A stretch of 37,126 nt of DNA from positions 1-37,126 of the forward strand of contig JANWLQ010000195.1 of the NCBI GenBank assembly GCA_025450725.1, in the 5' to 3' direction. The position numbers and the translations under genes were made by a program. This document shows positions 8,228 through 19,443 of the stretch, in pieces (position 1 is the first letter of the stretch; the number at the start of each line of letters is the position of its first letter). Origin of the DNA: Terriglobales bacterium (GTDB taxonomy: Bacteria > Acidobacteriota > Terriglobia > Terriglobales > SCQP01). The notes under the pieces are model-generated. The model made no database searches, was not told the DNA's origin, and was given only the letters and a program-made list of their open reading frames with translations.

Positions 8228-8953
8228 ACACCCGACCCGCACCACGTCGCCCTGGGCTACGACCAGCCGCAAGCCCAGGTCGCGCGGCGCGAACAGGATA
8301 ACGGTTGAGCCGAAGGCGAAGCGGCCCAGTTCCTGACCGCGCTCCACGGCGTAAGGGGGCGCATGATTCATGCGGATGCTGCCGACCAGACACGCTCCCA
8401 CGAGAACCACCACTACGCCGCCGATAGACACGACCCTGCGTTCGTTAATGGCGAACAGGCGCGGGATCCGCTCGACCGCCCGTTGATTCACCGGCCAGAA
8501 TGCGCCGGGAATGTACTGTTCGCGTTCGACCCGGCCGGCGAGGGGCGCGTGTACGCGGTGGTAGTTCGCGGGAGCGAGGTAGAGGGTGCAGTACACTCCG
8601 CCCTCGAGCGCCGCGGCCGCGGCGGGATCGACAATCAGCTCGGCGACCGTATAGGAGCGCCCCTTGGCCTGCAGCAATCGTCCTTGCTCGATCGTGCCAG
8701 CGGCGCCGACGATGCCATCCACAGGAGAAACGATCGCGCCCGCGGCGGTGTTGATCGGACGCGCACCGGGCCGCAGCGCACGGCCGAAGAACTCTTGCAG
8801 ACTGCGGTACTCGCCAGGGGGACGCTCAGCGTCGGACACGTCAACGCCATAGTGGCGAATGAACCATGGAATCAGCGCCCGCGAGGCGCTGGAACCGGCG
8901 ATGCGGCCGGCCAGGAGCGAGGCCCAACGCCAGCGCCTACCTGCCTTATTCAT
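8207..8953 (-). CDS. psd: Phosphatidylserine decarboxylase (short type)
   Basis: PANYHRVHAP and the self-cleavage region GRFAFGSTVILF. I take the ATG at 8953, which overlaps the upstream permease stop (ATGAATAA). The track's longer ORF to 9169 lies inside the permease gene. Confidence 0.85.
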   Translation of the reverse strand: MNKAGRRWRWASLLAGRIAGSSASRALIPWFIRHYGVDVSDAERPPGEYRSLQEFFGRALRPGARPINTAAGAIVSPVDGIVGAAGTIEQGRLLQAKGRSYTVAELIVDPAAAAALEGGVYCTLYLAPANYHRVHAPLAGRVEREQYIPGAFWPVNQRAVERIPRLFAINERRVVSIGGVVVVLVGACLVGSIRMNHAPPYAVERGQELGRFAFGSTVILFAPRDLGLRLVVAQGDVVRVGCLLAQPR

Positions 8954-10178
8954 AGCGCAACGTCTCGGCGGGCAGTACGGCCAGCGCCCGCCGCGATGGG
9001 TACAGAGTCGCGATAAAGGCGACGCCCAGCGCGATGAGCGCCACAAGCACTCCGTCGCGCCAGTGGGCATGAAAGGGTATGTAGTTGACCGCGTACACCT
9101 CGGCTGACACTTGAATCCAATGGTAGCGATCGGCCGCCCAGGCCAAGGGGTAGGAAAGCCCCAGTCCAATCACTGTACCCAGGGCCGCGATCCATAGGCC
9201 TTGGTAGATGAAAATCCGCCGGATTTGCCAGCGCCGCGCGCCCATGCTGAGCAGGACCGCAATCTCCTTACGCTTCTCCATGACCAGCATGGTCAGCATA
9301 ATAAATACGTTAAGTGCGGCGACCAGCACTACGAGGCCGATGACGACGACTGTGCCCAGACGCTCGAGTTGCAGCGCCTGGAAAATGGGGCGGTTCTCGG
9401 TGATCCAGGTGGTGGTGGTAAAGTCGGGGCCGGCGGCCCGCTCGGCGGCGGCAGCCACGGCGTCGGCCTGGTAAATATCATCGAGGCGAAATTCGATATC
9501 GCTGGCCCAATCGCCCTGGTTATCGGGCTGCAGCCGCTGCGCCGCTTGAAACGCGGTAAAGGCCCAGCCGCTGTCAATGTCAATAAAGCCGGTCTTGAAA
9601 ATTCCACTCACGCGAAAGCGGAACTGTTTGCCCGACATACCCAAGGGGGTGAGCTCGACGTTGGGCAGGTAGAGTTCGATCCAATCGCCGGTCTGCGCGC
9701 CCAGTTTGTCGGCCAGGTCGCGGCCCAGCAGGACGTTATTGGCGCCTGGATCGGTCTGGAGCGGACGCCAGGAACCAACTTGCAAGGCGTCGAGCAAATG
9801 GCCGATGCGCAACTCCTGCTCCGGCTTGACCCCTTTGAGCACAACTTCGTGGCTGCGGTCGCCGTGAATCAACAGCCCGGCGGTATAAATTTCCGGCGCG
9901 ACAGCCTGGACGTGGGGCAAATGGGCCAGGCGGGCCATGAGCTGCTGGTAATTGTCAATCGCGACCGGCGCCCTGGGCAGCAGGTTGACCTGAGCGGTGG
10001 CGCCGACCAGCTCGTTTTGCAAGGCGTCGCGGAATCCATTGGTCACCGCCAGCGCGATGATGAGCGCGCCGACGCCGGCGGCAAAACCGATGATGGCGAT
10101 GGCGGTGACGATGGACAGTACGCCGCGCCCGCGCCGAGGGCGCAAGTAACGTGCCGCAATGAATCCAGCCACCTGCAT
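8946..10178 (-). CDS. lolE: LolC/LolE-family lipoprotein-releasing ABC permease (MacB-like periplasmic domain plus FtsX domain)
   Basis: 410 aa. N-terminus FIAARYLRPRRGRGVLSIVTAIAIIGFAAGVGALIIALAVTNGF, with a C-terminal FtsX-type 3-TM block. Confidence 0.8.
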   Translation of the reverse strand: MQVAGFIAARYLRPRRGRGVLSIVTAIAIIGFAAGVGALIIALAVTNGFRDALQNELVGATAQVNLLPRAPVAIDNYQQLMARLAHLPHVQAVAPEIYTAGLLIHGDRSHEVVLKGVKPEQELRIGHLLDALQVGSWRPLQTDPGANNVLLGRDLADKLGAQTGDWIELYLPNVELTPLGMSGKQFRFRVSGIFKTGFIDIDSGWAFTAFQAAQRLQPDNQGDWASDIEFRLDDIYQADAVAAAAERAAGPDFTTTTWITENRPIFQALQLERLGTVVVIGLVVLVAALNVFIMLTMLVMEKRKEIAVLLSMGARRWQIRRIFIYQGLWIAALGTVIGLGLSYPLAWAADRYHWIQVSAEVYAVNYIPFHAHWRDGVLVALIALGVAFIATLYPSRRALAVLPAETLRYE

Positions 10179-10183
10179 TCGTC

Positions 10184-10190
10184 CATACTA
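10184..10190. promoter_or_regulatory. Candidate overlapping divergent -10 elements in the 17-bp lolE/lolD spacer
   Basis: Plus strand: CATACT (10184-10189), then 6 nt, then GTG at 10196. Minus strand: TAGTAT (complement of 10185-10190), then 6 nt, then ATG at 10178. The site sits within the palindrome ACTAGTCTAGT (10187-10197). Neither gene has a Shine-Dalgarno site. Confidence 0.35.
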
Positions 10191-10195
10191 GTCTA

Positions 10196-10925
10196 GTGGG
10201 TGGGACTTTCAATTCGGCGTTAAGCGCGCGGCGGCTGGCGCGCCGATTCCACAGCGGCGCGAGCGAATTGGTCATCTTCGAGGATTTATCGCTCGAGGTT
10301 GCCCGCGGTGAATTGGTTGCCATCGTTGGCGAATCAGGCAGCGGCAAGAGCAGCCTTCTGCACTTACTGAGCGGACTCGACAGGCCGACCGCCGGAGACG
10401 TATACTTCGAAGTAGACGGAGATGAAAATGAACCAACGGCATCGCCGTCACGTTCATTGGCGTCCCTGGGAGAGGAGGAGCTGGCTCGGTTCCGTAATCG
10501 CGAAATCGGCTTTGTGTGGCAGCAGCACTACCTTTTGCCAGAATTTACCGCCATGGAGAACGTCATGATGCCGCTGTTGATTGCCGCAACGCCGCGCGCT
10601 GAAGCCAGACGCCGTGCCCAGGTTTGGCTGGATAAGGTCGGACTGGGCGCCCGGCTCGACCACCGTTCGGGCGAACTGTCGGGGGGCGAACAGCAGCGGG
10701 TGGCGTTGGCGCGTGCGCTGGTCACCGAGCCGCACTTTCTCATGGCCGATGAGCCGACCGGCAATTTGGACGAACGCACCGGGGTCGCCGTTTTTGATCT
10801 GCTCGCCCGTTTGCACCAACAACACTCTCTTACTTCGATCATCGTCACCCACAACCATCAGCACGCCGCCCGTTGTGATCGCCGGCTTTGCCTGCATCAG
10901 GGGCGGCTACAGGAGGAGAGTCTTC

Positions 10926-10933
<8 letters not shown>
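10196..10933 (+). CDS. lolD: LolD-like ABC transporter ATP-binding protein
   Basis: Walker [10 protein letters not shown], signature [15 protein letters not shown], Walker [13 protein letters not shown], and LolD-like [10 protein letters not shown]. Confidence 0.8.
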
Positions 10934-13370
<2,437 letters not shown>

Positions 13371-14104
13371 CCTGATCGCGCTTCTGCTGCCGGCGGCGTG
13401 GGCGCAAGCTCCCGCCGAAAGCCCGCCGGCGGCGGAGACCATTCGCGCGCGCGTCGTCGCCAACTTTACCGCCGATCAAGAAGCGTTGGTTGGATTTGTG
13501 CATACCGAACACGTTGTGACCGCCCGCAATGGCGAGCGTGACGGACGCACGCTGCGGGTGTGGTACGTTCGCGGGCATGAGGTGAGCGAAACCATTGCCG
13601 TGGATGGCAGGTCGCTCAGCCGGGCTGAAGTTGCGGCTGAACAAAAGCGCGCCGCCGACCGGGCCGCGGCCATGGAAAAACGCCAACCGGCGCGCGCCGG
13701 GGTTTTTGAATATCAGAGCCAGACCTACCCGTTCACCGACCTGTCCAACGACTACATATATGGGCCGCCGCACGTCCGCGTTGAACAAGGGCGCACCCTG
13801 TGGGTTTACGAGGCAAGCCCGAATCCGGGCGCGGCGCGGCGCAGCACGGCCGAACAGCTTCTATTGCACTCTGAAGCCGAGATTTGGGTTGACGCTGAAG
13901 ACCTGCATTTGGTCCACATCACGATCCACACGACCGCGCCGGTCCGCTACGGCCTGGGAGTCATCGCAACGATCCACTCGGCAGGGATGACATTGGATTT
14001 GGAACGCTACGCCGCCGGCGTCTGGCTGCCGCGTTCAGCCGGTTTTTCGCTGCAAGCCACGCTGCTGCTGCTGAAGTCGCTGGATCGTTCGAAGCAACAG
14101 GAGT

Positions 14105-15259
14105 TCAGCGACTACCGCCAGCACCCTTAGCCGCCATCTGGGCCAGGCGCTCGCGGGCCTGGCGCACCGTGTCGGCGCTGGCGGCGGGGTTGGTGATGAC
14201 CGCGTTGAAGCTCTTGACCGCCGCAGCGAACGCGCCGGCTGTCTGCAGGCGCATTCCAGTCTCCAGCTCAACCTCCGCCCGCTGGGCCGGCGACAGAGCC
14301 GCGAGCTTGGCCTGGTCGAACTGCGCCACCGCGGCCGCCAGTTGCTCGAATCCGGCGACCGGAAACTCAGTCTTAATCTCCGGCGGCGCGGCGCCTGGCT
14401 TTTGCGCGGCTTGCGCGGCGGTCAGATCGTCTTTCACCTCAGGCAGGGGCAGGCGCTGGGCCAGATCGGCGAATTTGGACTCCGCCTGGGCATAACGCCG
14501 AGCCCGGTACAGGGCCACGCCGGTGGAAAACTCGGCCTCGGCAAAATCGGGCGAGTCGGGCGGTACCTTGACCAGCCAGTTGGCGGCCGCCGCCGCGTCA
14601 CCCGCATCCAACTCGGCTTCGCCCAGCGCCAGCCACACCCGCTGGCTGGTGGGTGCCAGCTTGGCGGCCTGGGACAGAAATTTGACCCGAGCGGCGGGCG
14701 TGTCGGCGGCTATGCCGCGCACGTAGCTTTCGTACGCCGGCAAGCGCAGCGCGACAGAGGCCACCGGCGTGGCTGTGCCTGTCGGCGCCAATTGCTGGCG
14801 CAGCGACCAGCCCAGGTGCCCCTGCACCGTTTCCAAATCGGCCAGGCGGCCGGACTCGACATCCATCGGCACCATGTGTTCGCGCACCATATCCACGAGC
14901 CATGCACCGACCTGGAGTTGGGTGCCGTCGTAGTTGTACCAGCCGGCGACCAGCCAGCGCGCATCGGCGGACTGCGCCATGCGGATCATGGTGGCGTGGC
15001 TGATTGGTGTTCCATTGGGCACGCCGGCAATGGCCAGGGCCTGCATGCGCGACTTTCGGTCGAGAACCGCTACCGGGGCGCCCTGAAGCGCCTCGGTGAG
15101 GGAGACGACAAAACTCTCGCCGATCCAGTTAAGCTGGCTGTTGCCGCTGCGGTTCTCGAAGGGCAGGATCATGCAGGTGGCGGTCGGGGCGCTGGCCGCC
15201 GGGCGCGCCGGCACAGCCTGCGGGCTCAACCAAAGCATGAGCGCCAGTAGAACGGTCAT
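14105..15259 (-). CDS. Secreted protein with TolB-N/LpoB-like domain and TPR-like C-terminal half
   Basis: Signal peptide MTVLLALMLWLSPQAVPA, then ILPFENRSGNSQLNWIGESFVVSLTEAL (a motif seen in TolB-N-like domains of TPR proteins), then Ala-rich helical repeats. Confidence 0.65.
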   Translation of the reverse strand: MTVLLALMLWLSPQAVPARPAASAPTATCMILPFENRSGNSQLNWIGESFVVSLTEALQGAPVAVLDRKSRMQALAIAGVPNGTPISHATMIRMAQSADARWLVAGWYNYDGTQLQVGAWLVDMVREHMVPMDVESGRLADLETVQGHLGWSLRQQLAPTGTATPVASVALRLPAYESYVRGIAADTPAARVKFLSQAAKLAPTSQRVWLALGEAELDAGDAAAAANWLVKVPPDSPDFAEAEFSTGVALYRARRYAQAESKFADLAQRLPLPEVKDDLTAAQAAQKPGAAPPEIKTEFPVAGFEQLAAAVAQFDQAKLAALSPAQRAEVELETGMRLQTAGAFAAAVKSFNAVITNPAASADTVRQARERLAQMAAKGAGGSR

Positions 15260-15266
15260 TCAGCCC

Positions 15267-15274
15267 AGTATACT
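15267..15274. promoter_or_regulatory. Palindrome AGTATACT that could supply a -10 hexamer (TATACT) on both strands of a 21-bp divergent spacer
   Basis: Plus strand: TATACT (15269-15274), then 6 nt, then ATG at 15281. Minus strand: TATACT (complement of 15267-15272), then 7 nt, then ATG at 15259. There is no Shine-Dalgarno site on either side. Confidence 0.4.
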
Positions 15275-15280
15275 TTCCCT

Positions 15281-16432
15281 ATGTCATTGCCAGGGTTCTC
15301 AACGCTCGCCATTCACGCCGGTCAAAAGCCTGATCCCACGACGGGCGCTGTCAACGTGCCCATTTACGCCACCTCGACGTACGTGCAGGAGGAGATTGGT
15401 GTCCATAAAGGCTACGAGTATTCGCGGGTCAGCAATCCCACGCGGACACCACTGGAGGAGTGCCTCGCGGCGCTCGAGCGTGGCCACTCGTCGCACGTGT
15501 TTGCCAGCGGCATGGCGGCTATTCAGGCGATCCTCATGCGGCTCTCGGCGGGCGATCACGTTGTCTGCGGCAGTAATGTATACGGCGGCACACCGCGGCT
15601 GTTCAATCAGGTGCTGACGCGTTTTGGGCTGCGCTTTAGCTACGCCGACACGCGCGACCTGGCCATGGTCGAGGCGGCGATTACGCCGGCGACCAAACTG
15701 GTGTTTGTCGAAACGCCGACAAACCCGTTAATGGAACTGTGCGACCTGCGTGCGCTGGCCGAGCTGACGCACCGCCATGACGCGGAGCTGGCGGTCGACA
15801 ATACGTTTATGAGCCCCTATTTTCAGCGGCCACTGGAACTGGGAGCCGATTTGGTGATGCACTCGACCACGAAATTTTTGAATGGGCATAGTGACGGGCT
15901 TGGCGGCGTGGTGGTCGCCTCGACGGCGAAGCAGGCCGAGGATTTTCGCTTTCTGCAAAAGTCGGTGGGCGCGATTCTCAGCCCCTTCGAATGCTTTCTA
16001 ATTCTGCGGGGGGTAAAGACGCTGGGGGTGCGCATGCGCCAGCACGATGCCAATGGACGGCGCATGGCGGCATTCCTGGCAGTCCATCCCAAGGTGAAGG
16101 CCATTTACTATCCCGGCCTGCCGCAGCACCCCCAGCACGAGTTGGCTAAGCGCCAAATGTCGGGCTTCGGCGCGATGATCACGATTGAGACGGGCTCGCT
16201 CGAGCGCGCCAACCAAGTGCTCCGCGCGGTGCGCGTCTGTTCCTTGGCCGAAAGCCTGGGCGGAGTCGAGACGCTGATCTCGCACCCCGCCTCCATGACC
16301 CACGCCGCCCTAGGTGCGGAAGGCCGTGCCAAAATCGGGCTTACTGATGGCATGGTTCGCCTCTCGGTCGGCATCGAAGACATCGAGGACCTAGAACGTG
16401 ACATGGATCAAGCTTTGGCGGCTATAAAATAA
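15281..16432 (+). CDS. Cys/Met-metabolism PLP-dependent enzyme (cystathionine gamma-synthase, gamma-lyase or beta-lyase family)
   Basis: 383 aa. PLP-lysine region HSTTKFLNGHSDGLGGVV and N-terminal TLAIHAGQKPDPTTGAV. Confidence 0.85.
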   Translation: MSLPGFSTLAIHAGQKPDPTTGAVNVPIYATSTYVQEEIGVHKGYEYSRVSNPTRTPLEECLAALERGHSSHVFASGMAAIQAILMRLSAGDHVVCGSNVYGGTPRLFNQVLTRFGLRFSYADTRDLAMVEAAITPATKLVFVETPTNPLMELCDLRALAELTHRHDAELAVDNTFMSPYFQRPLELGADLVMHSTTKFLNGHSDGLGGVVVASTAKQAEDFRFLQKSVGAILSPFECFLILRGVKTLGVRMRQHDANGRRMAAFLAVHPKVKAIYYPGLPQHPQHELAKRQMSGFGAMITIETGSLERANQVLRAVRVCSLAESLGGVETLISHPASMTHAALGAEGRAKIGLTDGMVRLSVGIEDIEDLERDMDQALAAIK

Positions 16433-16436
16433 TTCC

Positions 16437-17258
16437 ATGCGGACGGCATTCTTCGGCGTATTAGGATTTTGCCTTGTCACGTTTACGGCGGTAGCCCAAC
16501 AGCCTTCCCGGCCGCGGTTCGACGTGGCTTCGCTCAAACCGAGCGCGCCTGGCGAGAGGCCCTCGGGCCAGTTCAAGCGGCAAGGGGACCGATGGGCAGA
16601 ACAAGCGGCGCCATTGGAGGCAATCTTTGCCTATGCATTCCAAATATCCGCCCAACGAATTGAGGGAATTTCCGGCGCTTTGAAATACGCCCGCTTCGAT
16701 ATTGATGCCCGGATGCCGCAAGCCGCGACTGATTCTGAGTTCCACCAAATGCTGCAGACGCTGCTTGCTGATCGCTTCCACATGACCTGGCATACCGAAA
16801 TGCGACCAACGGACGTGTCCATCCTGACCGCGGGTGCACGCGGTCCCGATCTGCATCAGGCCTCGGGCCACTGCTTGGCGGCAGGCGCGGTCGCACCACC
16901 CAGCGCCGACCACGGCGTTTGTGGCATCGTCCGGATCGTTACGATGAGCAGCAATGGCATTGAAATCGCGGGAAGCTCTGTGACGATGGCCAACCTGGCC
17001 GACTTTTTCAAAATGATGGGGATCCACCCAGTGCTCGATGAATCTGGTTCTTCAGCGCGCTACGACTTCGACATTACGCTGGCAGTGCCTCCGCCAGTAG
17101 AGGGCGAATCGCCCGACCAGCACCAGTTTGCCGAGCTCAAGGAGACTGAGTCGCAGTTGCGTAAGCAGCTCGGGATTGAACTCGACATGACACGCACGGT
17201 GAAGCGGCCCATGCCGGTGCTCGTCGTTGACCATATCGAGCCAGCCACAGCGAACTAA
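16437..17258 (+). CDS. TIGR03435-family secreted protein (acidobacterial paralogous family)
   Basis: Signal peptide, then QQPSRPRFDVASLKPS near the N-terminus, and C-terminal VLVVDHIEPATAN. Both are hallmarks of TIGR03435 as I recall it. Confidence 0.7.
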   Translation: MRTAFFGVLGFCLVTFTAVAQQPSRPRFDVASLKPSAPGERPSGQFKRQGDRWAEQAAPLEAIFAYAFQISAQRIEGISGALKYARFDIDARMPQAATDSEFHQMLQTLLADRFHMTWHTEMRPTDVSILTAGARGPDLHQASGHCLAAGAVAPPSADHGVCGIVRIVTMSSNGIEIAGSSVTMANLADFFKMMGIHPVLDESGSSARYDFDITLAVPPPVEGESPDQHQFAELKETESQLRKQLGIELDMTRTVKRPMPVLVVDHIEPATAN

Positions 17259-17265
17259 AATCGTT

Positions 17266-17778
17266 TTAGTGGACGAGGCCGAGGTCGGCGACAGGCCAGT
17301 AGGCGAAGACGGCGCGCCCGAAGATGTCGCTGGCGGGGAGGCAGCCCCAGAAGCGGCTGTCGTTTGAGCTGTTGCGGTGGTCACCGAGCACGTAGAACGC
17401 GCCCGCCGGGACTTTTACGGAGCTGTAGTCACTGTAATCCTGAAATCCCTGGGGCACATAGCCCTCGACCAGCTTTTGTCCGTTAACGTAGACCGTACCG
17501 CCCCATATCACCACGGTGTCGCCCGGCATTCCGATCACGCGCTTGATGAAGTTCTGGCGCAGGTCGCGTGGGTAATGAAACACCACCACGTCACCCCGGC
17601 GGATGGGCTCGAACCAGAAAGCGGCCTTGTCAACGAACAGGCGCTCATTGTTCTGAAGCCGGGGCAGCATGCTGTAGCCCTCGACGCGCACCGGCTCGAA
17701 GCCGAACATGATCAGGACCATGGCCAAAGCCAGCGAGAGTGCGAGTTGACCGGCCAGCCGTCTAAGCAAACAGATCAC
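17266..17778 (-). CDS. lepB: Signal peptidase I
   Basis: Catalytic Ser box EGYSMLP, Lys box KRVIGMPGD, and GDHRNSSNDSRFWG. The GTG start overlaps the dnaJ 3' end by 17 nt. Confidence 0.85.
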   Translation of the reverse strand: MICLLRRLAGQLALSLALAMVLIMFGFEPVRVEGYSMLPRLQNNERLFVDKAAFWFEPIRRGDVVVFHYPRDLRQNFIKRVIGMPGDTVVIWGGTVYVNGQKLVEGYVPQGFQDYSDYSSVKVPAGAFYVLGDHRNSSNDSRFWGCLPASDIFGRAVFAYWPVADLGLVH

Positions 17779-18886
17779 GAACCTTTTCGAACAACCCGGA
17801 GTCGTGGGGGGCGTTCTGATTCGGCATCTGGCGATCCAGCTCCTGCAGCAGGATTTTCTGGTCGCGGGTCAGCTTCTTGGGCACGTCAATGGCGACAAAG
17901 ACGTGCATGTCGCCCCGCCCGCGGCCTTGCACCCGGGGCGCGCCCTTGCCGCGCAGCGGCGGCAACTCGGTGCCGCTGGGCGTGCCCGGTGGCACGGTAG
18001 CCAGTTCGTCGCCCCAGGGCGTCGGCACGCGGATGTCGCACCCGAGAGCCGCTTGCGGAAACGAGATCGGAATCGAGCAGTACAGCTCGGTGCCCTTGCG
18101 CTGATAGAAGGCGTGCGCGCGCACGTGGATCAGCACGTACAAGTCGCCGGGAGGTCCGCCCGCGACGCCGGCCTCGCCCTCGCCGGTAAGGCGCAGTTGC
18201 ATGCCCTCTTCGACGCCGGCGGGAACCGCCACGGTGCGCTTGACGTCGCGATTGACACGTCCCTGGGCGCGGCACAGCGGACAGGGGTCGCGAATCACGA
18301 CACCGGCGCCCCCGCAGGCGGAACAAGTGCGGGCCACACTAAAGACGCCTTGCTGAAAGCGCACCTGGCCGGCGCCGCGGCAGGTGGAACACGGGACGGG
18401 CGCGGTGCCGCCGCGGGTGCGTTTGCCCTGGCAGCACTCGCAAACAGCGAGACGCTGGAATTTAATTTCGGGTTCGGAGCCGTTGAGCGCCTCTTCGAAG
18501 GAAAGTTCGAGATCATAACGCAGATCGCTGCCGCGCTGGGCACCCTTGCGCCCGCGCTTGCCGCCGCCAAACATCTCGCCAAAGCCGAAGAAGTCGCCAA
18601 AGATGTCGCTGAAATCGGCAAATGTGGAGGGGTCAAACCCGCCGCCCGAGTTGACGCCGCCGTGGCCGAAGCGGTCGTACTGGGCGCGCTTCTGTTGATC
18701 GGCGAGGACGCTGTAGGCTTCGGAGGCTTCCTTGAACGCCTCCTCCGACGCCGGGTCATCCTGATTGCGGTCAGGATGGTGTTTCATGGCCAATCGCCGG
18801 TAGGCGCTTTTGATCTCCGCCTCCGACGCCTCGCGCGTCAGCCCGAGGACCTCGTAGTAATCGCGTTTGTCCATCGTGGAAGCCAT
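17762..18886 (-). CDS. dnaJ: Molecular chaperone DnaJ
   Basis: J-domain DYYEVLGL...KHHPDRN, a G/F-rich linker, and four CxxCxGxG zinc motifs (CECCQGKR, CSTCRGAG, CSACGGAG, CPLCRAQG). Confidence 0.95.
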   Translation of the reverse strand: MASTMDKRDYYEVLGLTREASEAEIKSAYRRLAMKHHPDRNQDDPASEEAFKEASEAYSVLADQQKRAQYDRFGHGGVNSGGGFDPSTFADFSDIFGDFFGFGEMFGGGKRGRKGAQRGSDLRYDLELSFEEALNGSEPEIKFQRLAVCECCQGKRTRGGTAPVPCSTCRGAGQVRFQQGVFSVARTCSACGGAGVVIRDPCPLCRAQGRVNRDVKRTVAVPAGVEEGMQLRLTGEGEAGVAGGPPGDLYVLIHVRAHAFYQRKGTELYCSIPISFPQAALGCDIRVPTPWGDELATVPPGTPSGTELPPLRGKGAPRVQGRGRGDMHVFVAIDVPKKLTRDQKILLQELDRQMPNQNAPHDSGLFEKVRDLFA

Positions 18887-18900
18887 AGTTCTCGTCGTTG

Positions 18901-19443
18901 CTAACCTTTTTTCGCCGCCACCTTGACCATCGCCGGGCGAATCAGACGCTCGCGCAAGCGATAGCCGCGCTGCAGCTCCTCGACCACGTTGCCTTCCGGC
19001 GCTTCGTCGGTCGGTACCATCTCGATCGCCTCGTGCACATGGGGATCGAACGGCTGCCCCACCGCCTCGACCGGTTCGAGGCCGACCTTGCGGGCGGCGT
19101 CCTGCAATTGGCGATGCAGCAATTCCAGGCCCTTGCGCACTTCGCCGGCGTCGGGTTTTTTGCCGTTGGTGTGGTGCAGCGCGCGCTCGAATCCGTCGAG
19201 CACCACCAAAAACGGGCGCACCGCCTCGCCGGTCGCGAACACGCGGGCCTCTTGCAGCTCGCGCTGCGAACGCTTCCGAAAGTTATCAGCCTCGGCCGCC
19301 GTGCGTATCCATTTGTCGCGCAGGCTGTCGCGTTCGTCAATGATTTTCTGCACTTCCTCCGCGGTTAAATCGCAGGGGCTTCCGGCGGGCAGCTCGTGCT
19401 CTGGATCGAGCGATTGCGTATTTTCGTTCCCTTCAACGTTCAT
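18901..19443 (-). CDS. grpE: Nucleotide exchange factor GrpE
   Basis: 180 aa. RTAAEADNFRKR coiled-coil region and C-terminal GYRLRERLIRPAMVKV. ATGA overlap with the hrcA stop. Confidence 0.9.
   Translation of the reverse strand: MNVEGNENTQSLDPEHELPAGSPCDLTAEEVQKIIDERDSLRDKWIRTAAEADNFRKRSQRELQEARVFATGEAVRPFLVVLDGFERALHHTNGKKPDAGEVRKGLELLHRQLQDAARKVGLEPVEAVGQPFDPHVHEAIEMVPTDEAPEGNVVEELQRGYRLRERLIRPAMVKVAAKKG

Noticed and set aside
9201-10196. 331-aa ORF antisense to lolE, and the 396-aa ORF at 11910-13100 antisense to clpC
   Set aside because: Same shadow-ORF signature, and the partner strands carry full-length, well-recognised proteins.
10581-10925. Long N-terminal extensions in track ORFs: clpC from 10581, psd from 9169, ICMT from 24036, the unknown protein from 24628, and ubiX from 31547
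   Set aside because: Each extension lies inside the upstream gene in another frame and is Arg/Pro-rich. In each case an internal ATG reproduces the canonical family N-terminus and gives a short overlap or gap typical of operons.
17804-18904. 366-aa ORF antisense to dnaJ. Similar antisense ORFs are 14342-15250, 22194-23321, 23639-24844, 25852-26787 and 29207-30163.
   Set aside because: All mirror confidently identified genes, are Ala/Gly/Arg-rich, and lack any recognisable domain.
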